Of a stretch of 64,000 bases of DNA, positions 12,655 through 25,752 are shown piece by piece. This DNA comes from Octopus bimaculoides (lineage: Eukaryota). A program made the translations under genes and the position numbers. The notes below the pieces were generated by a model that was not told the origin of the DNA, did not search any database, and worked only from the letters and a program-made list of their open reading frames with translations. Where the stretch lies: the NCBI RefSeq assembly GCF_001194135.2, contig NC_068989.1, positions 40,060,473 to 40,124,472 of the forward strand, given 5' to 3'. How positions within the stretch are numbered: the first letter of the stretch is position 1; each line of letters starts with the position of its first letter.

Positions 12655-13170
12655 GAGGACATGTACCGAGAGTGATAAGAATCAAACATCCAGGCAACAT
12701 CATGCTGTCTGGAGTGATCACTAGTTATTGGCGATGTTATGCCTCCATTCATCTTCCCACACGGTCTCAGACACAACACGGAGGCCTACATCAAGTGCCT
12801 GGAGGAGATAGCACTGCCTTTGGTCAAGAGGGTGGCTGCTGGAAGACACTGTGTCTGGCAACGGGACTCTGCACAATACCACACAAGCAGGAGAGCCCAG
12901 TCATGGCTATCAGACAATTTCTGGGACCACACCACTCCTAACATCTGGCCACCTAACTCCCCAGACTGCAATCCCCTTATCATTATGTGTACGGCGCAGC
13001 TGAGCGAGTGACCAACTAAATTCCTTGTAACACCAAAGATGAACTGAAGGCAAGTATTATGGCAACATTTACCAACTTAAACAAGGAGACCGTCCAGAAG
13101 AGTTACCGGAGATTCCGAAGTTATCTGGAGGCCGTGTTTGAAGCCAATGGTGATTTTATTAAGTAAATTT
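12655..13170 (+). mobile_element. IS630/Tc1/mariner transposase C-terminal relic (maT/DD37D-like)
   Basis: MPPFIFPHGL..YIKCLEE..WQRDSA..HTSRRAQSWL..IWPPNSPDCNP, then ..EAVFEANGDFIK*; frameshifted. Confidence 0.85.
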
Positions 13171-13274
13171 ATTCTAATATTTCGAGATAATTTATGCTAT
13201 TTTGGTAAATATATCTATTAGGATGAGACTTCAGTACGCAGCTGTTACTTAATTTATTGACCCCGAAAGGAGTT

Positions 13275-13293
13275 GTTGCTTTCGTTGTTGTTG

Positions 13294-13367
<74 letters not shown>

Positions 13368-13590
13368 TACTACAAGGATAAGGGAAAATTGCAATAGTGG
13401 ATTTATATACATTTTGATTATGAACATCAAGGGCATCATCATCATGAATATCTTTACCATGATCATCATTACCACCGCCACCTCTTTCTCCATCATCATA
13501 TTTATCAACGTCACTTCCATCATCATCACCAACATCAGCATGAACGTCATGACGATCATCAAGACAATTATCATTATCATGTCGAGGAGG
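13275..13590. repeat. (TTA)n followed by degenerate (CAT)n tract
   Basis: Direct reading. Confidence 0.9.
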
Positions 13591-13759
13591 TTGAGAAATA
13601 TTTTTCTAATTACCTAAGTGATGCTGTTCAAATAGAGCACGTAAGAATTTAAGGAAGCACATATCTCATATTTAACGTCTAATAATGATATGATTCTAAA
13701 ATGGCTTGAAAGCCATACTATGTGCAGTATCTGATTATATTACATCCGTGCGGTTCTTA

Positions 13760-13820
<61 letters not shown>

Positions 13821-13862
13821 TGCACACAGAGTTATACATATACATATTAATATTGAAAAATG

Positions 13863-13899
<37 letters not shown>

Positions 13900-14700
13900 A
13901 CAAGAGTTTAAAAGTGATAGGCAAGACTATGTATGAAAAAGTTAAAATATTGAAGTAAAAATGTACATACAAGCACAGAGAAAAACAAACAAAGAGAACT
14001 TAACGAGGAAAAACATCGATCACAGACAAGACCGGCCGGTGTATTCAAGATAATTACATTACTCAAAAACTAGCCGGGGTACGGGAGACAATTAGAAAAA
14101 AGGAACAAAAAATGAATATATGTAGGAGAAAATTATTATAAGATTATTATAAGAGATAGGAAAAAAAACGTATAGACTTAACACATAAGGATATACAGTC
14201 ATACACATATACATAGATACACACAGACACAACGCACACATATACACACACACACAAAAAACGTGCATACACTCACACATACACATACAGGGGTGCAAGT
14301 GTGAGGGAAGATACAAATAAAATAAAGAAGTGCGTATTCACTAAGACGTATCTAAATATAAATAAAAATAAAAATAAATATATATACACATATACACACG
14401 TACACAACTATATACACATATACAACTATATACACATACACACATACATGCATATATATATATATATATATATATANNNNNNNNNNNNNNNNNTATATAT
14501 ACCTACACATATATATACACACACATATATATAAACATATATATATACATACACGCACCAACAAAAACATGCATAAAACATAAACATGCACATGCATGTA
14601 CACGCACACACATGTACATATATGATTTTTTCTCTTTTATGGTATATTTATACCTATAACGATATTTTTCAACTATATATATATATTGGGTCATTCCCTA
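13760..14700. repeat. (TA)n and (CA)n-rich low-complexity region
   Basis: Direct reading; includes a short N gap. Confidence 0.85.
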
Positions 14701-15100
14701 CATAATGCGGCTTTTTTAGACTTCTTTATTTTTCAAAATTAAGATAAACAAAGTTCTTTTTTAATCCAAAATATACTAACCTTCATTTTCTACGATGCCC
14801 TTCTATTGTCTGATTGATGTGCAAGTTTCCTCTTCTAAAATTCACTTGTCAGTAACAAAAATTCCCCTCCTCCCACTACTGTTCTGACCTCGTCTACAGA
14901 ATTCATATCTTTTCATTCCAAATGACTTTGAACATTGCATGATTTTGAACATCCCCATATACTGCATTATTCTCCGCACTCTCCGTTACGTTGCTGCCTT
15001 TATTGAATTCATAAAGCAAAATATGCCGAATATGTCCCTTTGTCACTTCCATTGTAGCTTTGAAAAGATAACTGTTAATATCGCACTGCACTCTTCAAAA
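14685..15100 (-). mobile_element. Internally deleted mariner element
   Basis: N-terminus MEVTKGHIRHILLYEFNKGSNVTESA..AVYGD joins within ~250 bp to C-terminus RQ*KGIVENEG*YILD*. TIR-like tattgggtcattcc at ~14685; the opposite TIR was not found. Confidence 0.8.
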
Positions 15101-15515
15101 CTTACACTAAGAATGGGTCCAAGGTAAAATTACTACCTGCTTTTATAGCAAATTGATAATGGGTAATTTAAACTAAAGCTTCGATAAGATAAGTATTGCA
15201 TTTAATTTCAGTAATATTGTTAAATGTTTTTTCTTTTATTGATTGGTAAAATTAGTATTTTTATATAAATTCATTTGATATTTATTGTTAGTCGATATAT
15301 ATACATTCATTTTATTATTATTATTATTGCATTTTGACCCGAGGTTTAGCTATATTTTGAATAGAATTGATTTTTGATCGATTTATTTTGAATCGATTTG
15401 ATTTTTATTTGATTTTTTATTTGAGAACATGGTTATGAAACACGTGTAGTCTTTTTTATTATTTTAATATGTATTACTTTGTACTTTTAAAACATTTTTA
15501 TTATAGATCTTTTTA

Positions 15516-15690
15516 GTGCATTTGCTTGTTTTCACCTTTTCGATATCAGTGAAAAATTTCACTGGAAAAGTAGATATAAGATTGCCAAGATTTTATCTCT
15601 CTCATCAAAGATCAGTGGCTATCGAACGCCGACGAAGGGAAATAACCCTGAAACCCGGGTCCGTTCGTGCTACAGATCATGATGGGAGGG
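15516..15690 (+). repeat. Hammerhead-bearing repeat (Penelope pseudo-LTR or retrozyme-like), copy 1
   Basis: Clearly alignable with ~21005-21168; ends at an N gap. Confidence 0.75.
15615..15673 (+). ncRNA. Type I hammerhead ribozyme motif with mutated core (CCGACGA)
   Basis: Stem I cgaacg/cgttcg (extension gtggc/gctac), core ccgacga, stem II aggg-aaataa-ccct, GAAA, palindromic stem III cccggg, GTC cleavage triplet. Confidence 0.7.
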
Positions 15691-16864
15691 NNNNNNNNNN
15701 NNNNNNNNNNNNNNNNNNNNNNNNNNNNNNNNNNNNNNNNNNNNNNNNNNNNNNNNNNNNNNNNNNNNNNNNNNNNNNNNNNNNNNNNNNNNNNNNNNNN
15801 NNNNNNNNNNNNNNNNNNNNNNNNNNNNNNNNNNNNNNNNNNNNNNNNNNNNNNNNNNNNNNNNNNNNNNNNNNNNNNNNNNNNNNNNNNNNNNNNNNNN
15901 NNNNNNNNNNNNNNNNNNNNNNNNNNNNNNNNNNNNNNNNNNNNNNNNNNNNNNNNNNNNNNNNNNNNNNNNNNNNNNNNNNNNNNNNNNNNNNNNNNNN
16001 NNNNNNNNNNNNNNNNNNNNNNNNNNNNNNNNNNNNNNNNATATATATAGATAGATATATACATTTATATAAATACATATAAATATATGCGTATGAATAT
16101 ATATGCATATATATATATATACATATGCATACACACACACACACACATATATATATATATGTATAGCTATCCATACATTTACATCTTCATATTAGTACAT
16201 ACGTGTGAGTGTAAATTTGTATGCGTGTGATAACATGTGTATAGTTATAATCAAAAAAGGAAAAAGGGAAGGCAACTGGGTCACCGTTACTCTTGGTATT
16301 GCTATAGTAATTATTGATGATACTGATGTTGCTTTGTTGCTGTTGTTGTTCATTTGTTGTATAAAGCTGTCTACGCAGGGGTTAATATCCTATCAAATCA
16401 AAACCTAGTTCAAATATTCTTTCGTTAAGAAATATCCTGCTTTTTAAACTAATTTCCAAACTTTGCCTGAGAGATAGGGTTCATTATTTCTGTTTCTCTT
16501 TTTCGAACAGCTGCAATAAATATGATAAATGATTCATTTCTATTACGATACAGAATATAAAAGGATATTAAGAACGATAGTATGAGATTTTCGTGAATTA
16601 ATGGCAACATATGACCACTCCTTGAACAATAGGTGCGTGCTACTAGTGATTCCAAGCGAATCTCTTGTTCTTCTTCCAGGTTTAGTAATAATATATGAGT
16701 TGCGTGATAAACCTACATACCTACGTACCTGCACACGCACACATTCATGAAGACATGAGCATACGTATATATACACATATATATATGTGTGTGTGTGTGT
16801 ATGTGTGTGTGTGTGTACGTATATATATATATANNNNNNNNNNTATACGTATCTATAAGCAAAA

Positions 16865-17167
16865 ATGTTAGTTCTAAATTCTCTCTAAGAGATCAATGCA
16901 GTAGTTCTACTAATAATATTCGCAGCCACTTTAACATAGTTGTCCGTTCGAGCGGACTCTATTGCGATTTCTTAACCGAAGGGGGCTTCTCCTCTAGAAG
17001 GTTAACGATGCACAGCTGCATCCGTTAAAATTATTAGCAGGGGAGCGAACCCATACCAACTCCCACTGACAGTACCAGTAGACCAGTCCTGGTTTCCGGC
17101 CATTTCTGCCACTCCACAATACCGGACACCTCGTCTGCTAGAGATGTTAGCAGCTTGCTTCTTCACG

Positions 17168-17209
<42 letters not shown>

Positions 17210-17340
17210 TTCAAGCGAACAAACAGTCGCTGATTCTGCAACAAGCAACAATTTTATTTCTAAAATCTGTCTAAGAGATCAACGCAGTAGTTCTACGAAA
17301 AAGTAATATTCGTAGCCATATTCTCTAGCTGGTTGACTCG
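16865..17340. repeat. ~65-bp direct repeat pair flanking a short unit
   Basis: ttctaaattctctctaagagatcaatgcagtagttctac..taatattcgcagcca (~16870) versus ttctaaaatctgtctaagagatcaacgcagtagttctac..taatattcgtagcca (~17258). Confidence 0.65.
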
Positions 17341-18049
17341 GAACAGCTNNNNNNNNNNNNNNNNNNNNNNNNNNNNNNNNNNNNNNNNNNNNNNNNNNNN
17401 NNNNNNNNNNNNNNNNNNNNNNNNNNNNNNNNNNNNNNNNNNNNNNNNNNNNNNNNNNNNNNNNNNNNNNNNNNNNNNNNNNNNNNNNNNNNNNNNNNNN
17501 NNNNNNNNNNNNNNNNNNNNNNNNNNNNNNNNNNNNNNNNNNNNNNNNNNNNNNNNNNNNNNNNNNNNNNNNNNNNNNNNNNNNNNNNNNNNNNNNNNNN
17601 NNNNNNNNNNNNNNNNNNNNNNNNNNNNNNNNNNNNNNNNNNNNNNNNNNNNNNNNNNNNNNNNNNNNNNNNNNNNNNNNNNNNNNNNNNNNNNNNNNNN
17701 NNNNNNNNNNNNNNNNNNNNNNNNNNNNNNNNNNNNNNNNNNNNNNNNNNNNNNNNNNNNNNNNNNNNNNNNNNNNNNNNNNNNNNNNNNNNNNNNNNNN
17801 NNNNNNNNNNNNNNNNNNNNNNNNNNNNNNNNNNNNNNNNNNNNNNNNNNNNNNNNNNNNNNNNNNNNNNNNNNNNNNNNNNNNNNNNNNNNNNNNNNNN
17901 NNNNNNNNNNNNNNNNNNNNNNNNNNNNNNNNNNNNNNNNNNNNNNNNNNNNNNNNNNNNNNNNNNNNNNNNNNNNNNNNNNNNNNNNNNNNNNNNNNNN
18001 NNNNNNNATATATATATACAGACATGTTAAAGTAGCTACGAATATGACT

Positions 18050-18133
<84 letters not shown>

Positions 18134-18929
18134 GTTTATATACATACACACGCACATACATATACATGCATACATATACATATATATAATCAACCGTTTC
18201 AAGCGCCTCCATTTAATTGAACAATGCAATCATTACATCAATTTAAATGCACTCCCATCGTCTGCTGCAGAAATAAATAAATAGAATTTTAACAAGTAGG
18301 ACACATTAAAATAATTTTTCTCGCATATTTTAACAAAGAAGATGGAAAAAATTCATGCTGTCCCTATTATAACTAAGAATAGTTTACACTTCCAAGAATC
18401 GCATGAAGCATATTTGAGTCATAGTATTGTAAGAGATTGTAATTTAATTCTAATTCATTTATCCCTTTGTCAACTACTAAATCTAAGACTAGAAGACTGT
18501 ATCTATTTTGAATAAAGTTCAAGAGTGAGTTGACAGCTCATGACGAGGTATGATCATAAATATTATATGTATCCCTTTTCCTCAGGGAGGAAAGAAAATA
18601 TTAGGAGTAGTCAATAGGATATAAGTAACGTATATATATGTAAGTATATCTATATATCTATATATTTCAATGCATGTATGTTCATCTTTTTAAGTTTTCG
18701 GTTCTTCTTCGCTAGTGTTGTTATTGTTTCCAGCCATATTCATTGTTATAGTGTTCTGCTGGGGTTCCGGTTTGATAAATATATCGTTATAATTTTGAAT
18801 AAAATGTTTCTTCAGTGAATATGATTAGAAAAATAACCTTATGTATGTCATTATTCAGTTTATTTCAAGATTTCTTGCCAATAGAGAAAGAACCGGTTTC
18901 TGACCTAGATCCATGAACACCAGCGTGTT

Positions 18930-19370
18930 TTTATTTGTATGTATGTATCTATGTATGTATGTATGTATGTACGTATGTATGTATGTATGTATATATATGC
19001 CTGTATGTATGTATGTATGTATGCATGCATATATATATATATGTATGTATGTATGTATGTATGCATGCATGTATGTATGTATGTGCAGATTTGTATGTTT
19101 TATGTATGTATTCTCAAGCATATAGTTGCATATCTAGACATATTCATAAATAATTAAATGATAAACTTCTGGAAAGTTTTGCAGATTTTTACGATCCCAT
19201 GTATGCACACTTGGTCAATGGATGCACCTCATCACTTGATGGTCAAAAGATGTTGTCGAATGGATATGATGCGACATTCAAAAGCATTGTATGTATGTAT
19301 ATATTATGCATGTATGTGTGTATATATTTATATGTCTGTGTGCATGTGTGTATGTGCGTGTGTGTATTCA
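18930..19370. repeat. (TATG)n and (TG)n tracts
   Basis: Direct reading. Confidence 0.9.
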
Positions 19371-19779
19371 TATGTATCACTTAATAGATACGATTTAAAA
19401 TAGAGCTACTAATAGTTTCATTTTTTAGAGATACAATAATTTGGCAAATTTATACAACATCCCATTTATCTGCAAGCAATCTTTCGGGTTCGGTGTATAT
19501 CGTTAGATGTATGTAAGAATTGGGACGTTGGTCTATGAAAAATTTTAGAAAAAAATACAAAGAGAAAAAACACAAAGAAGGCTGAAAGAAAAGTAAGAAA
19601 ACCGAAATCTTCATCCTCTAATTATTCTAGCTGGCGTAGAATAATATAACAGAAAGGAAGCTAAACTCCGTGAGATAGCCACTCAATCCTGAGCGAATAG
19701 TTTAAATATGAAAGCATTCCCTTCTAATCCCCACTCACTCTTGGTTGTTGAGCTCTATGCACTTGGAATAAGTACCTCT

Positions 19780-20830
19780 ACTTTACTTTCTGCCATTGTG
19801 ATGCCCACAAAAGCCAAAGCAACAGACTTCACATTTGTAATTCAGAGTGAAACGATCATCTCTGATGTTATAAATATTTCATGTGCGATATTCCAAGGAG
19901 ATAATCTTTCTGTTTGTTTTGGTATTAAATCTCTTATCATTCTTGTTACCAAAATCTAACGGCTACATGCTAGGGTTTGCAACTGCTAGAGATACAAATG
20001 TAACTCATAATTTTTTTGTGGATGACTTTGAAAATTTATGCTAAAAATATTACAACGACAAAAAAGGAAACAGTTGAAGTAAATAATAACGTTTTCAGTT
20101 GATATGTGAATGGAATTTGACGAAAAGGAGCGTTGGTATTTGAATGTCAAACGTGGAAAATCAGTCCACCAAATCCAAGACTGTAAATAAACGTCTCTCT
20201 ATCTCTCCTCTTCCACAAAAAGAATGCTATAAATATTTAGGCATTGAGAAAAATATATCATACAATGTTGCTGTGAAGAAATATCGAGTGACTCGTGAGT
20301 ATTACACCTGACATAGAAAAATATGGGAATTCTCCTCTTACAACAAGGCAGTATCTCACAATGCATTTGCAATACCAGAGTTGATACCTTCATTTCAGAT
20401 ATTTCACTAGTTTGTAGAGGAAATCCATTCTATGGACATAAAAAGTCTCGAGATCATGACATCAACTGGAAACTTGAATAGAAACATCGATATTGACAAG
20501 CTGTACCTAATAAGAGATGAAGGAAAGAGAGGCTTGAGATCAATACAGATAACCTTCGAGTGTCATATAGTCTCTCTCAGTCAGCACTTGCTAAACAACA
20601 GTAGCAAGAATAAATATATATCTTGTGTTGAAAAACGAAGTTAACAACATCTTACATATCGAGAGTGAGATACTCATGAAGTACGCACTACGTGATGTGC
20701 CCCCATAAACCCCCAATCAGCAGGATATTACACACCTCAAAGAAGACCTGGATATTCAGCACACCAAAAAATGTCTATGCATGGATATGTTTCCTGAAGA
20801 CTTGGAGATGGCACTAATAAAGTGAAGTGT
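19780..20830 (+). mobile_element. R4/Dong-like LINE reverse transcriptase relic
   Basis: INISCAIFQGDNLS, FFVDDF (YxDD-like) and NIDIDKLYLIRDEGKRGLRSI motifs, with many stops and frameshifts. Confidence 0.8.
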
Positions 20831-20849
20831 ATTGCCACTTAAGTGTGGC

Positions 20850-21168
20850 TGACCCCTAGGGGTGGATGTTACTGTTGCTTTAGCCCCGGGAGGACATCTC
20901 CTCCAGCTGGCTTATCGACACACTACTGTGTCCTGTTTGTTTTGCCAAGGGAAGTTATCCCTCTCATCGTGCAGTTACTGTTAATACTTCATTTAGAGAA
21001 TTAACATTGCTTGTTTTCACTTTTTCGATATCAGTGAAGAATTTCACTGGAAAAATATACATAAGGTTGCCAAGAATTTATATCTCTCATCGAAGGTCGG
21101 TAGCTATCGGACGCTGACGAAGGGAAATGACCCTGAAACCCGGGTCCGTTCGTGCTACGATCACGATG
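20850..21168 (+). repeat. Hammerhead-bearing repeat (Penelope pseudo-LTR or retrozyme-like), copy 2
   Basis: Homologous to 15516-15690 and apparently extending further 5'; ends at an N gap. Confidence 0.75.
21100..21158 (+). ncRNA. Type I hammerhead ribozyme with intact catalytic core
   Basis: gtagc-tat-cggacg / CTGACGA (21114-21120) / aggg-aaatga-ccct / GAAA (21135-21138) / cccggg / TC / cgttcg-t-gctac. All conserved core nucleotides are present; predicted cleavage after GUC at 21146. Confidence 0.85.
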
Positions 21169-22950
21169 NNNNNNNNNNNNNNNNNNNNNNNNNNNNNNNN
21201 NNNNNNNNNNNNNNNNNNNNNNNNNNNNNNNNNNNNNNNNNNNNNNNNNNNNNNNNNNNNNNNNNNNNNNNNNNNNNNNNNNNNNNNNNNNNNNNNNNNN
21301 NNNNNNNNNNNNNNNNNNNNNNNNNNNNNNNNNNNNNNNNNNNNNNNNNNNNNNNNNNNNNNNNNNNNNNNNNNNNNNNNNNNNNNNNNNNNNNNNNNNN
21401 NNNNNNNNNNNNNNNNNNNNNNNNNNNNNNNNNNNNNNNNNNNNNNNNNNNNNNNNNNNNNNNNNNNNNNNNNNNNNNNNNNNNNNNNNNNNNNNNNNNN
21501 NNNNNNNNNNNNNNNNNNNNNNNNNNNNNNNNNNNNNNNNNNNNNNNNNNNNNNNNNNNNNNNNNNNNNNNNNNNNNNNNNNNNNNNNNNNNNNNNNNNN
21601 NNNNNNNNNNNNNNNNNNNNNNNNNNNNNNNNNNNNNNNNNNNNNNNNNNNNNNNNNNNNNNNNNNNNNNNNNNNNNNNNNNNNNNNNNNNNNNNNNNNN
21701 NNNNNNNNNNNNNNNNNNNNNNNNNNNNNNNNNNNNNNNNNNNNNNNNNNNNNNNNNNNNNNNNNNNNNNATATATATATGGTGGACGATATTGCTTGAT
21801 GTGTATATGTGCACATGTGCACAGGTCCACTTCACAGATAGTTTTGCATCAGCAGTTGCCTTTAATATTCTATTCGCTAAAAATAGAATTTTCTCTTGAA
21901 TCTTTTCTCTGATTCGATTGATAATTGTATTCATAATATTTTTGCCATTGAAAGCCATGTGTCGATAAATATAGACATATTTTGACGTCTATAAGTAACG
22001 TTTAAAATGCTTCCTACGGTATACTTTGATTGTTAAGTAGGAAACAAAAATCTCATCTGATGGCGTTGCCAGCTGACGTCTGAAACTCGATATTTCTTGC
22101 AGGAACCCCACTATCTCTATTATCAAAGTATTTTGTCTCATAGCAGTCTCTTCCTAAATGTTAAGTATGAGCTGTAAAAAATTTATGATTTACAGTACTA
22201 TGCATCAGTAAAGAGTACAGACACGAGCGGTTAAAATGCTCGTTTCAGAATTGATCGCTTCGAGCTGGTAACACTGCATAACACTTAGAGCTCGCTTCTT
22301 CAATCAAACTCTTGTATCGGCTAAAATATTTTGAATGAAATTTGGTCGACGGAATAAATTGCGTAGGAGGCTGTGAGAAGTACCAACCTTGTTGGTATTG
22401 ATAGACTTAATCTGTTGTCTTGTTTAATGCCACAATGACACTTTATTTTTCTACATCTAATCTTTTAATAATCATGCATTTCGCTTTGTAAACCAATAAA
22501 GTTTAATTTAAAGTATGGTATTGCAAATTTCGAATATTTAATGCACTGTAAGATGCAATGTAGTATATAACACACATTCATAGGCATATAGGTACTAAAT
22601 ACCTTGTGTTGATAACTGTTGTTGAAACCAAATTTCAGAGCTAAATTTTATACTCTAAATATTGACTCTGTATCCCTCACAAATTAATTAGCAAGTAGCC
22701 ACAATCTAGTTGAGTATCGCAACTTTTGTCCTTTTATTAACATTGGCAAGGTTCCAATGTCGTGTTGAGTGTATATATCAATGACATTAATATAGTTTCG
22801 TTGTCGTCGTCTTCCTTTAAGGTGCAGACGTCTCCTAAATATAGCACGTGATGTGGCCTGATACTCGGCGCAATAACCGTGGTCAGAAAGGCCAACCCTG
22901 CATTCCGTAACAATAGTAGAAATGGGACAGAATGCATACATGAATACTTG

Positions 22951-23006
22951 ACATGAAGGCGATAACATGAAGGCGGTAACATGAAGGCGATAACATGAAG
23001 GCGATC
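22951..23006. repeat. 14-bp minisatellite ACATGAAGGCGATA x4
   Basis: Units at 22951, 22965, 22979 and 22993 with at most one mismatch each. Confidence 0.95.
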
Positions 23007-23629
23007 TCGAAATTTCTTCTTCATACCCCAAATTTTCCAAATACCTGCGTATAATATGCACTAAGGTTTTGTGTTTATTAAATCAGACTAAATTAATAAA
23101 TTAATCAAAAATAGAAACCGTGTAAACTATTGTAAACTAAAGATGAGCGCCAATCTAGTATATAGAAGATTCCAGCAAAGATAGTTTCGATTCTTCATTT
23201 TAGTTCCTTCTTTTCGTTTTTCAGATAATTCTAATTTTAACGAACAGTTATAAAGTCTTATGTATCAGGGGTTAAAATAAATCCTTTATCAATGTATTGA
23301 CAATTTAATTATTAGAAAAGAATTTATCACAAAAGTTGTTACATACACCTGTCTTCACATCGGTCCAATAATCACAGCTACACACACGTACACACATATA
23401 TCTATGTATGTATATATGTATGTATACTTGAGTGCATTGCTATCTCTAATATGATACAACCATCACTTTTCACAACTAAGAATCTGCCAAAAACTTTATC
23501 CTCTTATCTTTCTTTTTATATTTCTGCGTGTTGCTATCCTACCCTCGAAATTGTAGTCTGACGTTTGACATTATATATGATACACCTTCACACACACACA
23601 CACACACACACATTATAATATATTATACT

Positions 23630-23760
23630 TGCTGGGCTTCTTTTTGTTTCCGTCTACCAAATTCATTCAAAAAGCATTGATTTTCTTTGGGCAGAAACTA
23701 GTCAAGTGTGGCGCGCTGTAAGACTGAACGTGAAACCACATGTTTGTGAATTGAACCACA
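23630..23760 (-). mobile_element. Degenerate SINE family B fragment
   Basis: gggcttctttttgtttccgtctaccaaattca.. matches the reverse complement of family B. Confidence 0.55.
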
Positions 23761-25752
23761 CAACCATGCCTACATCTAATTCATAATTTCAAACTGTCAG
23801 CAATATTAACGTGGATTGAGTGTAAAAACCAAAATAAAATGGATTCATTCGAGTACGCTAACTTCAGAGGAAGATGTTATACATGTCCTCATTAAACGAC
23901 GAGATTTGATTGACTATCTGGCGATGGCTTGGGACATTTGGAAAACAGCAGAACCGGTGAATATGTTTAGACAAATAGGGAAGAGAATTTATAATCTGAA
24001 GGAAGTTATTGCAAATATTTCTTTTGATTTGGTGAAAGAGGGGTTATGGAGTGAGTGCATTCTATGTAGGGATAGTGATACTTTTCGTAGATAATTTGGA
24101 AGAGAGGTCATAGTCAGGAAAACAAAAACAACTTGTTAACAAATATGTTATTTATGTGAATGTGTGTATTTGCCTCAAAGAAAAATATAGGATATGATGG
24201 AGTATAAATCGGAGTTGGCAGGTGAAACAAAGCGATAGGGAATTGTCCAGTGATTAGATTAGTCTTATCTCTGAAATGTATATGTGTGCATGTTTTGTGC
24301 GGTTGGATGTGTGTGCGTGTGTGTGTATGTGCGGAACTTTTCAATTCACAATTTACAGAACTCTATTAACACAAGATCCACATAATGCAACTCATGAACC
24401 GCTGTAAAATTCACATAAATACTCCCACACTCATTATTTCTCTTTGATTCTATCCTATTTCATTTTCTTACCTTCAGTTACATTCCACTACTTCCTTTCT
24501 TGTTATCCTGTCTTTGTTTTCTTTTATTTTTCAATAAAGCTGTTCTTATTTCAAGTTCAGCTTTATTGAATATGCCAATCTACAGAAAGCAGTGTGATAG
24601 AACCCTGTCTAACAAAGATCAATTTTCAGCAATGAGGGAAATTCACTGCCAAAAGATATATTAAGGCGGCAAACAACAAACAATAGTCAAGTGAAAACTA
24701 CACATTTTTGATTTTTGTTGTTTTGTTGTTTGTGGGGAGCTTTGTTGATTTATGCGGTGTGCGAGCTGTTATGTATGATTTAAGCTAGAATGTGATATTT
24801 GGGTTATGAACAAGACAGCTCTTTTATGAGCCACTGGGATTATAACCTCAGCCTCATAGCTCTAAGTCTTACACGTGCAAACGTTTTCGAGAAGCGGGCG
24901 ATATGAGATATGGTTCATTGCCAAGCGAGCCGTACTACTAGAAGTAAAGGCAGTTTTTCGTTAGGCGTGTCATTCAGAAAGTTTCGAAAACCGCAGGTTG
25001 ACCAGGGTGTAAGTTGTTTTGACATTAAGAGTATATGTGAAAATGTGCAGTGCTCGTGATGAAACAGTGATCAAATAGGTATAGCACCAAGACCAAATGG
25101 CACGCCAGACAAAATTTGGAGAGATGAGAGACAAAAGCGCAACACTTCCTTTCACTCGCTATGGTAGCCACAAGAGTACTGAGGCGCTTCTGTTGACTCT
25201 GTCGTGTGTAGCAGAAGGCGGTGACGACACTGCCTTTTCACTTAAACATTTCAATATTTCTATACGAATAATAGAGATAAAATATAAACATTAAGAATGC
25301 ATGATTTATTAGCACAGTAGAAAAATGTTTTGCAACAAGGGTTACGTCACGCAACAACCTGTGATCAAGTGGTGTTAGAGCTTTTGTTTACACAGGCAAT
25401 TTCCATATCTATGATAATATATACGATGTATGATGTATGATGTATGATGATATGTGATATAAGATAATATGTTTATATGAGCATAGTTCAATATATCTCG
25501 CAAACGGTCGAAAGTAGAGAAGACATAAACACATTTTTGGAATCAGCACAAAATTCTGCATTAAAAACACTCAAAACAATAAGACAACTAAAACTTTCGT
25601 GAAAATTTGTAACCCAGGGTTATTCGTATATAAATTAACACTTGCAAGTTTCTGACCTTGAAGTTTATGTAACGAGTGCGTGTGGCTAAAATCCGTATAA
25701 TAATTTTTAGATGTTACAGCGAGCGTAAGATTTCTACGTTTCTTAATACCAA

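Noticed and set aside
18865-18925. Minus-strand GAAA-CCGG-TTC half hammerhead
   Set aside because: The CUGAnGA box and the 5' strand of stem I are missing.
22057-22092. CTGATGG..stem..GAAACTCGATA hammerhead-like relic
   Set aside because: Core mismatch, missing G16.2 and no stem I; too degenerate to call.
22951-23006. CRISPR-like interpretation of the short repeats
   Set aside because: The units are contiguous without spacers, there are no cas genes and the context is eukaryotic.
23816-24094. 92-aa ORF starting at an alternative codon
   Set aside because: No recognisable motif or splice signals.
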